A DNA stretch of 64,000 bases from NCBI GenBank assembly GCA_902476295.1, contig CABSDC010000005.1:779-64778 (forward strand), written 5' to 3'. The notes below the pieces were generated by a model. That model made no database searches. It was not told where the DNA came from and saw nothing but the letters and a program-made list of their open reading frames with translations. The translations under genes were made by a program, and so were the position numbers. Each line of letters starts with the position of its first letter. The first letter of the stretch is position 1. The stretch is from an uncultured Prevotellaceae bacterium (GTDB lineage: Bacteria; Bacteroidota; Bacteroidia; Bacteroidales; Muribaculaceae). This document shows, piece by piece, positions 36,544 through 47,300 of the stretch.

Positions 36544-38529
36544 TTAATTAGCGAAATCAACCGAAATGCCCATCTGCAATCTGCGTGGATTGAGTGGATA
36601 ATGCGGAGTAGAGAAATAGTTGTCGCCGCCAAACATGCCTTGATTGAGGTGAGCGAATGTAACGAAGAATCGTGTCTTCTTGAGTTTCATATTGGCATAG
36701 GCATTCATCCACAAGAAATTGCCGCATTCCACCTCGCGTTGGTTGCGGAAAGTCATTGTGGCAGGATTATAGGCTGGAGCATAATACTTGGTGTAGTAGT
36801 TGCAATCCACGCCCAATTGCACATGTAGCACGCCAGCCACCTTAAACAACAGATACAGATTGCTATATACAGCCAGTTTAGGCAAAGCAAGCACGCCATC
36901 GTTTGATGTGGTCTGATACGTAATGCTATTGTCCCAATTGAGCGCACCCACGCCCAAGTGCTGATCGAGAGTGGCATTCAGAACATGCACAGCACTTCCG
37001 GCTTGCTCTGGCACGCCAGCAGCATTGAAATATACATAGTTTTGCAGGGTTTCATAGCCCACATTCACCCTTGTGCCAGTGTGTGGCACATATAGTTTAC
37101 CGCCTGCACGGAAGCGACGCACCTTGCCAAAATCGTTGTTCCACGCGAAGTGGTTCGACTTAAAGTGACGCATAAAATACGGTGCTTCTTCGTTCTTGAG
37201 GTGACCATAGGCACTAAGGCGCACCGAGTCGCCAAACATCTTTATCTTGGTGTGAACATTGCCCACCACACTGAAGTCGCCCACTACCGAGCCAAGCAAC
37301 CCAAATCGGGCATCGACATCATAAGTGAGAATAGAGCCGTTTCGCTTTGTGAGTTGTCCGCCCACCCAAGCCACATTGTCGGTAGCCTTGGCAGTGGCAT
37401 CCACGCCATCGGGCAACGGAGTGAGTTCCATTTTTATGTCGCTACGCCCCGTCACTGTGTCAAGCGGTTGCGTGTAGTGTCGCATTTCGTAGGTGGCATA
37501 AGCCGATATACCGAATTTCGCCCATGACTTACTGCCTTCAAGCATATCAATGCCCACAGTGTTGGTCAAGCGCCAACCCTTAGTATAGTCGCGAGTGCCA
37601 TTATCGCTAAGATAATTCACACCGCCGAAAAACTCGCTATCTTGTGCAGCATGCTCATTGAGAAACATGTGCTTATTGCTCTTGTAGTTCATCGTCCAGA
37701 TGAAACTTGTCACAGGCACATATTCCTTGCGAGCCACAATCGAATCGGGCAACGTGTCATTCCAATGGCGAAAATAGCCCACCTTGTAGCGGTGATTCAT
37801 ATAGAATTCCTTGCCCCACACCTGCGAGTGTGCGTTTGTGAGGTTTGTAGGAATGGTCTTAGTATCCACTCTCGTGTCACCGCCCTGCACTTCGCCAGGG
37901 TTGGTGATATATCGGTCGTCGGTGATTCCACCACTTTCCTTAGTCAGCAGATTATAATTGTTGTAAAACGACTGCATCTCATATCTATCGCCTATATACG
38001 AGCCAAACAATCGCCACACCACATTCTTGTCGGCTTGTGCGTCATACGAGCCCTTGCTATAAAGGTAGTCAATCGCGCCACCCACCTGCACAGCCTTATT
38101 GACATTTCCCGAGAAAATGGTGCTGAAACGGTCTTGATTGCTGTTTCGGTTTCCGCCGAAAGTATACGACATCAAGGTCATTGGCAAGCGAGTGTTGTAA
38201 TACACCTGTGTTTTCACCGATGGCAACCACGCACTCAGCGCGTCTTCAAAGAAGAAATCGGATGGTTGCGCTCTATCGAAAAATATTTGGTTCTGCCCAG
38301 CTGCGCCATAATTACCCGTAGTGACATAGGCATTACTTATCAATGATGGCACCACCGAGCGATAATAATTGGTCAGCACAGTGTCGATTGTGCCCGGAAA
38401 GTGCAAGCCAAGAGGCTCTGAGATAGTCCACGCATACGATGGCTCAACCACCTTGCGTTTCGCCGCCCACACCTCAATGGCAGGCAACACCAGCGCCAAA
38501 GCAACAATATATGTGATTATTCTTCTCAT
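36544..38529 (-). CDS. Large outer-membrane beta-barrel protein (Bacteroidetes putative-porin family-like)
   Basis: The ORF-track entry extends to 38580. I prefer the start MRRIITYIVALALVLPAIEVWA at 38529. The sequence is rich in aromatic/Gly alternating strands. There is a 3-nt gap to the downstream SBP-domain gene. Confidence 0.55.
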   Translation of the reverse strand: MRRIITYIVALALVLPAIEVWAAKRKVVEPSYAWTISEPLGLHFPGTIDTVLTNYYRSVVPSLISNAYVTTGNYGAAGQNQIFFDRAQPSDFFFEDALSAWLPSVKTQVYYNTRLPMTLMSYTFGGNRNSNQDRFSTIFSGNVNKAVQVGGAIDYLYSKGSYDAQADKNVVWRLFGSYIGDRYEMQSFYNNYNLLTKESGGITDDRYITNPGEVQGGDTRVDTKTIPTNLTNAHSQVWGKEFYMNHRYKVGYFRHWNDTLPDSIVARKEYVPVTSFIWTMNYKSNKHMFLNEHAAQDSEFFGGVNYLSDNGTRDYTKGWRLTNTVGIDMLEGSKSWAKFGISAYATYEMRHYTQPLDTVTGRSDIKMELTPLPDGVDATAKATDNVAWVGGQLTKRNGSILTYDVDARFGLLGSVVGDFSVVGNVHTKIKMFGDSVRLSAYGHLKNEEAPYFMRHFKSNHFAWNNDFGKVRRFRAGGKLYVPHTGTRVNVGYETLQNYVYFNAAGVPEQAGSAVHVLNATLDQHLGVGALNWDNSITYQTTSNDGVLALPKLAVYSNLYLLFKVAGVLHVQLGVDCNYYTKYYAPAYNPATMTFRNQREVECGNFLWMNAYANMKLKKTRFFVTFAHLNQGMFGGDNYFSTPHYPLNPRRLQMGISVDFAN

Positions 38530-38637
38530 TTCTTGATTATTGTATCTCGCACAAAAATAGTAAATTATATCATCACGCACAAAACAATTGCCGATTTCTG
38601 TGCATTTTTATATCACCGTAATCTCCTCAACTGTAGT

Positions 38638-39882
38638 CTATTCTTCCACCGCAGGGCCATAGTAGAGCGTAGAACAATTGTCCTCGCGGAAGACTTCGTG
38701 TGCCACTCTATTTATGTCATCGGCCGTAGCAGCCAGATATTCGTCATTCTCAGTATTGATGCGAGAAGCATCGCCAAGCATCTCATAACGGCAAAGTTTT
38801 TCTGCCACAGCATCATAGCTGATGTTTTCATACAATTCGCGCGACACATGCTTATTGGCATATCGTTGCACCTCTCGCTCGGTGACGCCCTCGGCATGCA
38901 GTTTGCCCAACTCGGCATCCACCACATCAATGGCTTGTTGCGCATCAGCGCCCTCACTCAAGCGGGCTGTGATGTAGAGCAAACCAGGGTCGTTGCTACC
39001 CACTATCACCGCATCGAGGTCGGAAAACAGGTCGTACTTCATCATCACATTGCGATGGAAGCGTGCCGATGTGCCGTTGGCAAGCACATCGCTAAGCAAA
39101 TCGCTCGCCACGAAATCTTTGTCGTTCACTCCGCACATGTGATAGATGCGCATTATCATGTTCTCTGGCACATCTCGGTGCGCCTTGAGCACTCTCGGCT
39201 GTGTTTGTGCTGGCTCAATAGGCAAGTGGCGTAGCGCAGTGGCGCGCGGCTTGATGTCGCCAAACCACTTCTCCACAAGTTGCACGGCATCATCAAAGGT
39301 GACATTTCCTGAGATGCACATCACCATCCTATCAACCGAATAATGACTATAATAAAAATCTTGTATTTCTTTGATTGACGCTTCTGAGATATGGCTTGGG
39401 GCCACTCCTATCACTGGCCAGCGATAAGGATGCACTTTGTAAGCCAGCGAATTCATCAGGTGCGACACATCGCCATAAGGTCTATTCAGGCATCGCTGCT
39501 TAAATTCCTCAATCACCACGCTTTTCTGTATCTCCACAGCGCGGTCGTCGAGGTTGAGATTCATCAGTCGATCGCTCTCAAGCCAAAGCGCAGTCTCAAT
39601 ATTATGAGCCGGAAGCACCTCATAGAAATTGGTGCAATCGCTGCTTGTCCACGCATTGCTGCTGCCGCCTGCCGCCTGCAAAGCCGCATCAAAGTCGGGC
39701 GCATTTACCGAACCGCCAAACATCAGGTGCTCAAACAGGTGAGCCAAGCCCGTTCGTTCGGGGTTTTCGTCGCGCGAACCCACATCATAACGTAAATTCA
39801 ATGCCACCATTTGAGTGGCAGCATTGTAATGATGAAGCAAACGCAATCCGTTGCTTAATACGTATTTATTATATTTTATCAT
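38638..39882 (-). CDS. M16 (pitrilysin/insulinase) family zinc peptidase
   Basis: 414 aa with the inverted zinc motif HLFEHLMFGGS (HxxEH) near the N-terminus. Confidence 0.88.
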   Translation of the reverse strand: MIKYNKYVLSNGLRLLHHYNAATQMVALNLRYDVGSRDENPERTGLAHLFEHLMFGGSVNAPDFDAALQAAGGSSNAWTSSDCTNFYEVLPAHNIETALWLESDRLMNLNLDDRAVEIQKSVVIEEFKQRCLNRPYGDVSHLMNSLAYKVHPYRWPVIGVAPSHISEASIKEIQDFYYSHYSVDRMVMCISGNVTFDDAVQLVEKWFGDIKPRATALRHLPIEPAQTQPRVLKAHRDVPENMIMRIYHMCGVNDKDFVASDLLSDVLANGTSARFHRNVMMKYDLFSDLDAVIVGSNDPGLLYITARLSEGADAQQAIDVVDAELGKLHAEGVTEREVQRYANKHVSRELYENISYDAVAEKLCRYEMLGDASRINTENDEYLAATADDINRVAHEVFREDNCSTLYYGPAVEE

Positions 39883-39899
39883 TCAGAAGTGTCCGCTTA

Positions 39900-40766
39900 T
39901 TATTTCACGGTTGTTTTGAGAATCTTAATATCCTCCTTTGGGCGGTCGTTTGCGCCAGTTTCACACTTTTCAATCTTCTCAACGATGTCCATTCCCTTCA
40001 CCACTTCGCCATACACGGTGTATTGGCCATCGAGGTGTGGAGTACCACCCACTGTCTGATAAGCTTCGATTTGAGCAGCAGTGAACTTAAATGGTCCTAC
40101 TTCGGCAATCTTTGCCTCGGTTTGATCGATGAGAATGTTTTGCAACGAATCAAGCGCAGCCTGATTGCCCTCGCGGCGATACATCATGATATCCTTGCGA
40201 TATGCAGAAGCAAGCTTATTGAAGATTTCTTGAGCTTGCTGATTACGGCGGCTACTCTCAAACTTTGCCAATTGCGCAGGTGTGTATTTCTTACCTGTAA
40301 CGATATAGAATTGCGAGCCCGATGAGCGACGTTCTGGGTTTACCTGGTCGGCTGTGCGAGCAGCGGCCAAAGCGCCACGCTTGTGGAAGAACTTTGGATA
40401 AACAAATTCAGCCTCTACGGTGTAATCCAAGTCGCCACTGCCAAGACGAGCATCTGGAGTAGCATTCTTAGAATTGCCATCGCCTGCCTGAATCATAAAT
40501 TCGGTTATCACACGGTGAAACAGCACTCCGTCGTAATATCCCTCTTTGCAAAGCTTGATAAAGTTGTCGCGATGTTTAGGAGTTTCGTTATATAGTGCGA
40601 TTTCTATAGTTCCCAAAGTGGTCTTCATTTCCACTTTCTTGCATTTTTTCAAATCTACTGTTTCCACTTTTTTTATCCTTGAAGTTTTTTGTCGAGTGGT
40701 CTTTGCTTGAATGCACACAGCAGAAAGCATCAGCGCCAACACGCTCAAAAAAACTATTTTTTTCAT
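39900..40766 (-). CDS. Secreted cyclophilin-type peptidyl-prolyl cis-trans isomerase with an inserted helical segment
   Basis: Signal peptide present. Cyclophilin motifs are DGVLFHRVITEFMIQAGD, SGSQFYIVTG and HLDGQYTVYGEVVKGMD. Confidence 0.88.
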   Translation of the reverse strand: MKKIVFLSVLALMLSAVCIQAKTTRQKTSRIKKVETVDLKKCKKVEMKTTLGTIEIALYNETPKHRDNFIKLCKEGYYDGVLFHRVITEFMIQAGDGNSKNATPDARLGSGDLDYTVEAEFVYPKFFHKRGALAAARTADQVNPERRSSGSQFYIVTGKKYTPAQLAKFESSRRNQQAQEIFNKLASAYRKDIMMYRREGNQAALDSLQNILIDQTEAKIAEVGPFKFTAAQIEAYQTVGGTPHLDGQYTVYGEVVKGMDIVEKIEKCETGANDRPKEDIKILKTTVK

Positions 40767-40813
40767 ATTATATACTCAAGTAATATTTTTCACTTACACT
40801 GTGTGCGCTCCTA

Positions 40814-41191
40814 TCACAGGCCAACGGCTGGATAAAGACGCTTATATATTCTTCTGAAATTGTCGTCGACAGCGCTCAATTCAGCTGCGCGTTCTTTGTA
40901 GTCGGCGCCATATATGCCAGCGATAAGGTCGCCCAGATATTTATGTTCACGATCTTTCTCAATTGCTGCCTTCACCAGCACGTCGATGCTCTTAGCATAG
41001 CGCTCTGCATCTATTGCATGAAGATAACGAGCCGTGCTCACCACGAACTGTCCACTTCTGTCAACCATGATAATGTTATCAACCAAAGCTGGAAGATCGG
41101 CATCAATCGCCTCGATATTATTTGCAATATACTCATAGGTTGTCAAGCCAGATGCATCCTTGCTCAACTGTTTTTTAAGATTTTCGTCCAT
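40814..41191 (-). CDS. Hypothetical cytoplasmic protein (125 aa)
   Basis: Clean ORF with its own candidate -7 box. No family recognised. Confidence 0.5.
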   Translation of the reverse strand: MDENLKKQLSKDASGLTTYEYIANNIEAIDADLPALVDNIIMVDRSGQFVVSTARYLHAIDAERYAKSIDVLVKAAIEKDREHKYLGDLIAGIYGADYKERAAELSAVDDNFRRIYKRLYPAVGL

Positions 41192-41278
41192 ATATTTAAT
41201 TGTCTATTTTTTCTTATTATCATTCTTCTGGTCGTGCCGTTGCACACGGCAAGCCTGCCACTACGGGTTTCTATGCTA

Positions 41279-41286
41279 CAAATATA
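41279..41286 (-). promoter_or_regulatory. Candidate -7 box (TATATTTG) for ORF 40814..41191
   Basis: TAnnTTTG match on the minus strand about 88 nt upstream of the ATG. Confidence 0.3.
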
Positions 41287-41346
41287 GTCATAAATGCTGA
41301 AACAACATCTATCACAGCCAATATTTATCACACTTCGCGCAGTGCT

Positions 41347-44300
41347 TTATTTAGCAAGCGACATGTTCATTGATATGCCGAAGTTGCTGTTCGACGTTGG
41401 GTAAGCCGTTGCCGAAACAAGTGGAGTGTTCACCTGATGGTCGAAATATGCGCCTATGGTGAGGCGTTTACTCAACACATAGTTGGCTGTCATATTGATG
41501 GTAAGCGAGCGTGCGCCGCTTGTGGCTTGAGTGAAGCCTGTCTCAATCTTGCGTATCAGCGCGTTGTTGTTGTTGAGTGAGAAGTCGATATTGAGGTTCA
41601 AGTCGTTGTTGACTCCACTTTGACGACCTCTGAACTTCAACACCGTATTGAAGTTGGCAATCTTATAACCAACGCCAAATTTCAACGACTTCTGACCTGC
41701 CTCCACAATCTGACCCGCCGACGAATTGAGCGACAGCGTGCGGCTATCACGATACTCGGCATTAATAGTCATATTGTTGTAGAGCGTCACCTTTGCACCA
41801 ATTAGCGGAGCAAAACGCTCTGTGATTGTCACCGAAGTAATATTATATGGCGACGATGGCAGAGGATTGCCATTTGTGACGTCTTGCGTAAATCCGATGC
41901 CATTGCCCACCGATACCCAGTCGCTATACGAGGTGTATGAACCTACGCTATAAGTACACTGATAAGCGTGTGATAGCGTGAACGACTTAAACCACTTCTT
42001 CAGCGCTGGTATCTTGCCAATGCCATCATATGTCACTCTCCAGTTTGGTAATATCGATGCCAATGATGGGAATGGATTGAGTGTAACCTTATTGATATCC
42101 TTGCCTGAATAAGCCGCAACAAACGCCGGGATTAGGACATCACTGCTGATGCCGCTCACATCGCCCACTTGCGACGAGAATGGCTGACCTGCCCATGGCG
42201 AGGTGAGCAAGAATCCGCGTTGCGGGTAGTTCTTGCCTTGATATTGTGCTCTCACACGATCGGCTGCAATAGGTATGTTTTCAAGGAATTTATCAAATGC
42301 CTTGCTACTATAGCCGTTATCCGATTTGCAGCCCTTGAGCGCTGTTGCAAGCGCAATGTGTGTCTTAGTATATGTGCCTGTATATAGATTAGTGGCATCG
42401 TTATACATAAACATCATTTGGTTGCTTCTATTGTCGGTGCGATTACCAGTGAGCGTAATCTTCAAGCCCTTCACCGGTTCGAGCACTGCATCAATGGTCA
42501 CCTCGTTGGTGTGCGTGAAAATGGCTGGTGCAGTCTGGTTTTCGTCGCACATAAGCCATCCGCGCGATTTCGCTTTTTCCACATAGTCTTCGCCTATAAA
42601 ACCAAATGCAAAATCAAGGCCCGGCGAGAGTATGTCGTAGTTGTTTGATTGTCCGAAGATGTCGCCGATTTCCGGTATAAACTGCGGCAATGAGAGCGAT
42701 TGCGTATTGCGAACCTTCACGCTCACATTGCGCACCATCATCAGTCCGCGCAACGAATATTGCGCAAACTCGGTGAAGAAATTCTTCTTCTCATCGAGAA
42801 CCTCCAGCACTGTGAATTTCACATTTTTGTCGCCACGAGTGAGCACCTCCACATTGTTTTCATCCACCACGCGAGTCTTCACCACAAATGGCTTGCCATC
42901 GGTAGTCAATGCCGACACCTTCACCTTTTTGGTCTTCATGTTGTGTCGTATCATAAGCGTAGTATCTGACTTCAGACGCAATGTGCGAGAGAACTTCTTG
43001 GCGCGTTTTGCCTTATTTAAGCGCGAACCCGAGAAACGATTGTTGATAGCCTTCAGATATGGCACCTTGTTATACAATCCCTCCATATTCATTCTGCCAT
43101 CGAGTGTATATGATGATTGATTTGAGATTGTATTACCTGTCTGCACATCTTCAAGCACGGTTCCTCGTTCCCAATTATACACCGAATTATACGACGCATT
43201 GGCTGTCATAAAGTCGAGGAACGAAATCTTGTTGAATGGCGCCTTATACGAAGCGTTGAACGTTTGGTTGTAACTATATGGCGTACCAAGATTCTTGATA
43301 CTGCGCCACACTGAGTCGCGCCACTCTTTATATTCGTCTGGGAAGAGTTTCTTGTTGACCTGTCCTATCGGTTCCTCGATATGCGCTGTGGTATTTGATT
43401 GGAACGACATATTGAGCGATCTGGTCATATTCCAAGTAATTGAGAATTGGCGATCCCACAAGAAATTCTTGCTTACCGAAACAGGCAATTCCACATCAAT
43501 ATCGCTCTCGTTGCGAGTCTGCTGCTCATAGTAGTAGCGCGAGATGTTGGTGAAGAAACTTATCTGTTGCGGGAACCAATTCAACTCCCATTCCTGTAAG
43601 AATTTCACGTTCTTGCTCTTCGATTTTGGCTTCACTCCCTTAAACGGACGAAATGGCTTGAACGCAGTGGCATAATTGTACATCAAGCTACCACGATAGT
43701 CGTTGGTATTCTCATACACGTTATCAGGGTCTACATTATGGCGCTTATTCGATGAATAGTTAAACACAAAGTTTGCTGGGTCCCATGGCATTGGCAGCTT
43801 GCTCTTAACGTCGAACTTCAAGCCCGATACGCTGAAACTTTCCACACGCTTTGATGTCACGGCAAACGACTTGATAGAATCGCGTTGCGCCTTGGTTTCG
43901 CACACTTCTATAGCGTCGTCAAGCAACATATCCTTGTCGAGAGGATTGTATTTTGGAGTGCTTTCTTCGTTGGTTATCGAATAGTAGATTGGAGCCTTCA
44001 GCTTCACCTTTTCTGGCAAGAATCTACCCATATCCACCTGCACTGCCACATTGTAGTTTTGATAATTGTCGAGGTTGCGCTGATTCAAGCCTTGGTCTAC
44101 CGAACCAAAACCTACAGTTTCCTTATGGAAGCCGGCATTCACGGTGGCAATATCACTGATGCCAAGGGTCATATTGGCTTTCGCTGCCCAACCGCCATCT
44201 TGGTCGAAATCGGTGACACGCAATTCGTCAGCCCAAATAGTACATTCCTTGGTCATACCCGAATTGTTGCGAACACCAATCATCACCACCTTCACATCGC

Positions 44301-47300
44301 TCAGCGCTGGATTACCAAGCACTGTCACCTTGTTCTTCTCGTTAGAAGGGTCTGGCTCCGTAAATCGAGTGTTATACGACACGCCGCTCACGCCCTGCAC
44401 CTTCTGTGCATTACGGTTTTTCTTCACGCTCGTAAACACGTCGAGGTTGCAATTGAGCATATTGTTTTCTGGCCATACCAAAAGGCGGTCGGCTGAGCTA
44501 TAGGTGCTATAGTCGGAACGCGCTGGTGTGACCTCAAGAGGAATTTCATATTCATAATAGTTGTTCTTCACATCCGAACCAAGACGAATGAATGCCGACA
44601 CATCGCCATTACGGAGCGAAGTGACATCGTCAATCAGAGCCTCGTTGTGCAAGAACATCTGCAATCGGCGATAGTTGCGCAGGTCGAGGCTTGTGTTGCG
44701 ATACACAGCACGCGATGCGCCCGATGGCAAGTTGGTAACCTTCATCGACAATGATTGCTCATTGAGCTGAGTCACCTGCGATTGACCAGAGTCAACAATA
44801 CGGTTTACGCCTGGAGGCAGCACGTAGTTCACCGGTTCGCGGCCGGCATTTTCCTCAATGTTCACGGCAGTGATTGACATATCGCCATCGGCAGGTTGAT
44901 TGACCTTTGCATCTGGATTGTATGCATAACTTCGCCACTCGCCACGAAGCAATTCGAGCGATGCAAAACGAAGGTGAACAGGCTTCTTGAAATTGGTCAA
45001 GAACATACGCATGAAGCGAATTGTAGAGAAGTCGTTGATCGAACCAACAGCTTTCTCAAAATCGCGAAGTGGAATTGTGAATTGATACCACTCCACATCC
45101 AATCCGTTACCATCACGAGTAGGCACATGTTGCGCTTGCTTGTCGGTGATATAGTTCTTACCCACCACCAAATCCTCTGGGCGTATCGAAACCTCATATT
45201 GGAAATAACGCTCATACTGATTGAGGGTGTTATCTTGATTGATATCTTCAACGTCTGGCACACTACGAGCCGACTGATACAAAGCATCGGTAGCATCTTC
45301 TGCCGAGAGCGAGTTGCCTTCAGTGCCATTATAGCGCTTATAGCGCTCAATCACTGAGAGTTTCTTTTCATCATAGTCGTGACCACGATAGAAGTGGTAG
45401 TTGTCGCCACCAGGGTCGTTGATTGGCGAGAACTGGTCTTCTTCCATTTCTGCCAATGTTGAAGCCGAGAGTTTCTGGCGCAACTTGCTCACATATTCGC
45501 TATATGTAGGGAAATTCTTCTCTTCCTCGGTTGACAATCCGTTAAGGCCCACGTCTTGCAACTTACGAGCGCCCGAAGCATTGTCGAAGGCATAAGTTAG
45601 CGAGGTCTTGTCTGATACCTTACCCCACACAGTCTCCTTGACGTGTGTATTGTCGCCATCAATAGGCAATCCGTTTTCATACGATTTATATCCATCCTTC
45701 AAGATGTCTTCGCTCACCTCACCGAGGTTGAAATACAGGTCACCACCCTCCTTATTATCCACTTCTTCGTCGAGGAATGGATTGAGAAGCCAGAATTGGA
45801 TATACTCGATGTTTGATTGCTCAAAGTTGGTGGCATCAAGTTTTCTCATAATACCACCCCAACGCTTCTCTGGGTTGAGCAACGTGCCATCGATATTCAT
45901 TCCGTCGGCATCGAGGTTATATGGGCCACGCTCGTTAGGATAATACGACAGGTTGAGTGTTTGCAGCGTCGACGATTCGCCGTAGCTAAGCTCACGTCCC
46001 GGATAAACCTCTGAGTATGTCACCTCTCGCACATACGGATTGGAGAGTTGCTTTAAGTCGTTTTTGATGTAGCCTGGCACGAGCGAACTGTTGCGCTGTG
46101 TAAACATGCGATCGATGTAATACCACGACAGCAACGCACGGTTTTTGCCATAGTCGGTATTATTGCTCAACGCAGCCTCTGGAAACAATGCGCTCGACGA
46201 ATTGTCGTAAGGCGTAGAACACAAAAACCACGAATATGGCGAACGCAAATCAAGTCCCGACTGCGTAGATTCAAAGTCATCAATATACGAGCTACCTCTA
46301 TTCGAACCCGTCTTCTGCTGATGTGGTATCAACTGCGCAAACTCACCATTAAACGAGAATGTGGATGGCGCTGTGGCATTCACTGTAGGTATCTTGTTCA
46401 ACAGATTGGTCAGCCACATAAAGCTGGTGTTGTACGACAGATTTAATCCCCAAATAGTGTTGTTGACTATCTCGTCGCCAATCGACACCTTTTCGGTGAG
46501 TGATTTCTCGCCATAGTGCATCACAGTGGCTCCGAGATTGAAATTCTTATTGAACTTATAGTTTAAGTCGAGTCCGAGCAATGTTTTGCGCTGAGTACTA
46601 TAGGTGGATTGGTTTTCAAGGGTTACACTCACGTTTGTTCCCGAATCGATGATGCTCTGATTCAAGATTGTGACAATACCCATATTGTAGTCCACCGTAT
46701 AATCGCTGTTTTCTGTCAATGTCACACCTCCGGCAGTCACTACCACCGACCCGCGTGCCACGTTCATAGCATTCAAGCGTATCTGCGCGCCGCTTGATGC
46801 CTGATATTCTCCTTCAAGGATAAATTTATTCTTGTCTTGGAATTGCCTTGCCACAGTGAGTGTAGAGTCGTACAATTCTTGATAGACAAATTTCTCGGCA
46901 ATCGCCGGATTGCCAATCTTTGTAGCCAAGTGCTTACCAAACGGCTCAACTACAGGGAATATCACCTTACCACTCGAAGCATTGATGGTGTAACCCTCTA
47001 TGTAGTCGAAGCGGCCATCTGGGTTAGGCTGACTGTTTGAGTCTAAGCGGTCGAGGTTCATCACTCTTATGAGTGGCGTACCGCTGATATTGCCTGCAGG
47101 CAGATAATTGATATATGTGCCTGTGGTGTCGCTCATATACTTGATGTTCAACTTGAAGTTGCTCGATTGTATCTGATAAGCGCCAAGCGAATAAATATTT
47201 TTCATTGCCAAATCCCACATTGGCAACTTGTTGGAGATTGTAGTTCCCTTCAGCAACTTCACATATAGCGACGATTTTGTAGATGTCACGTCGCCGGCAA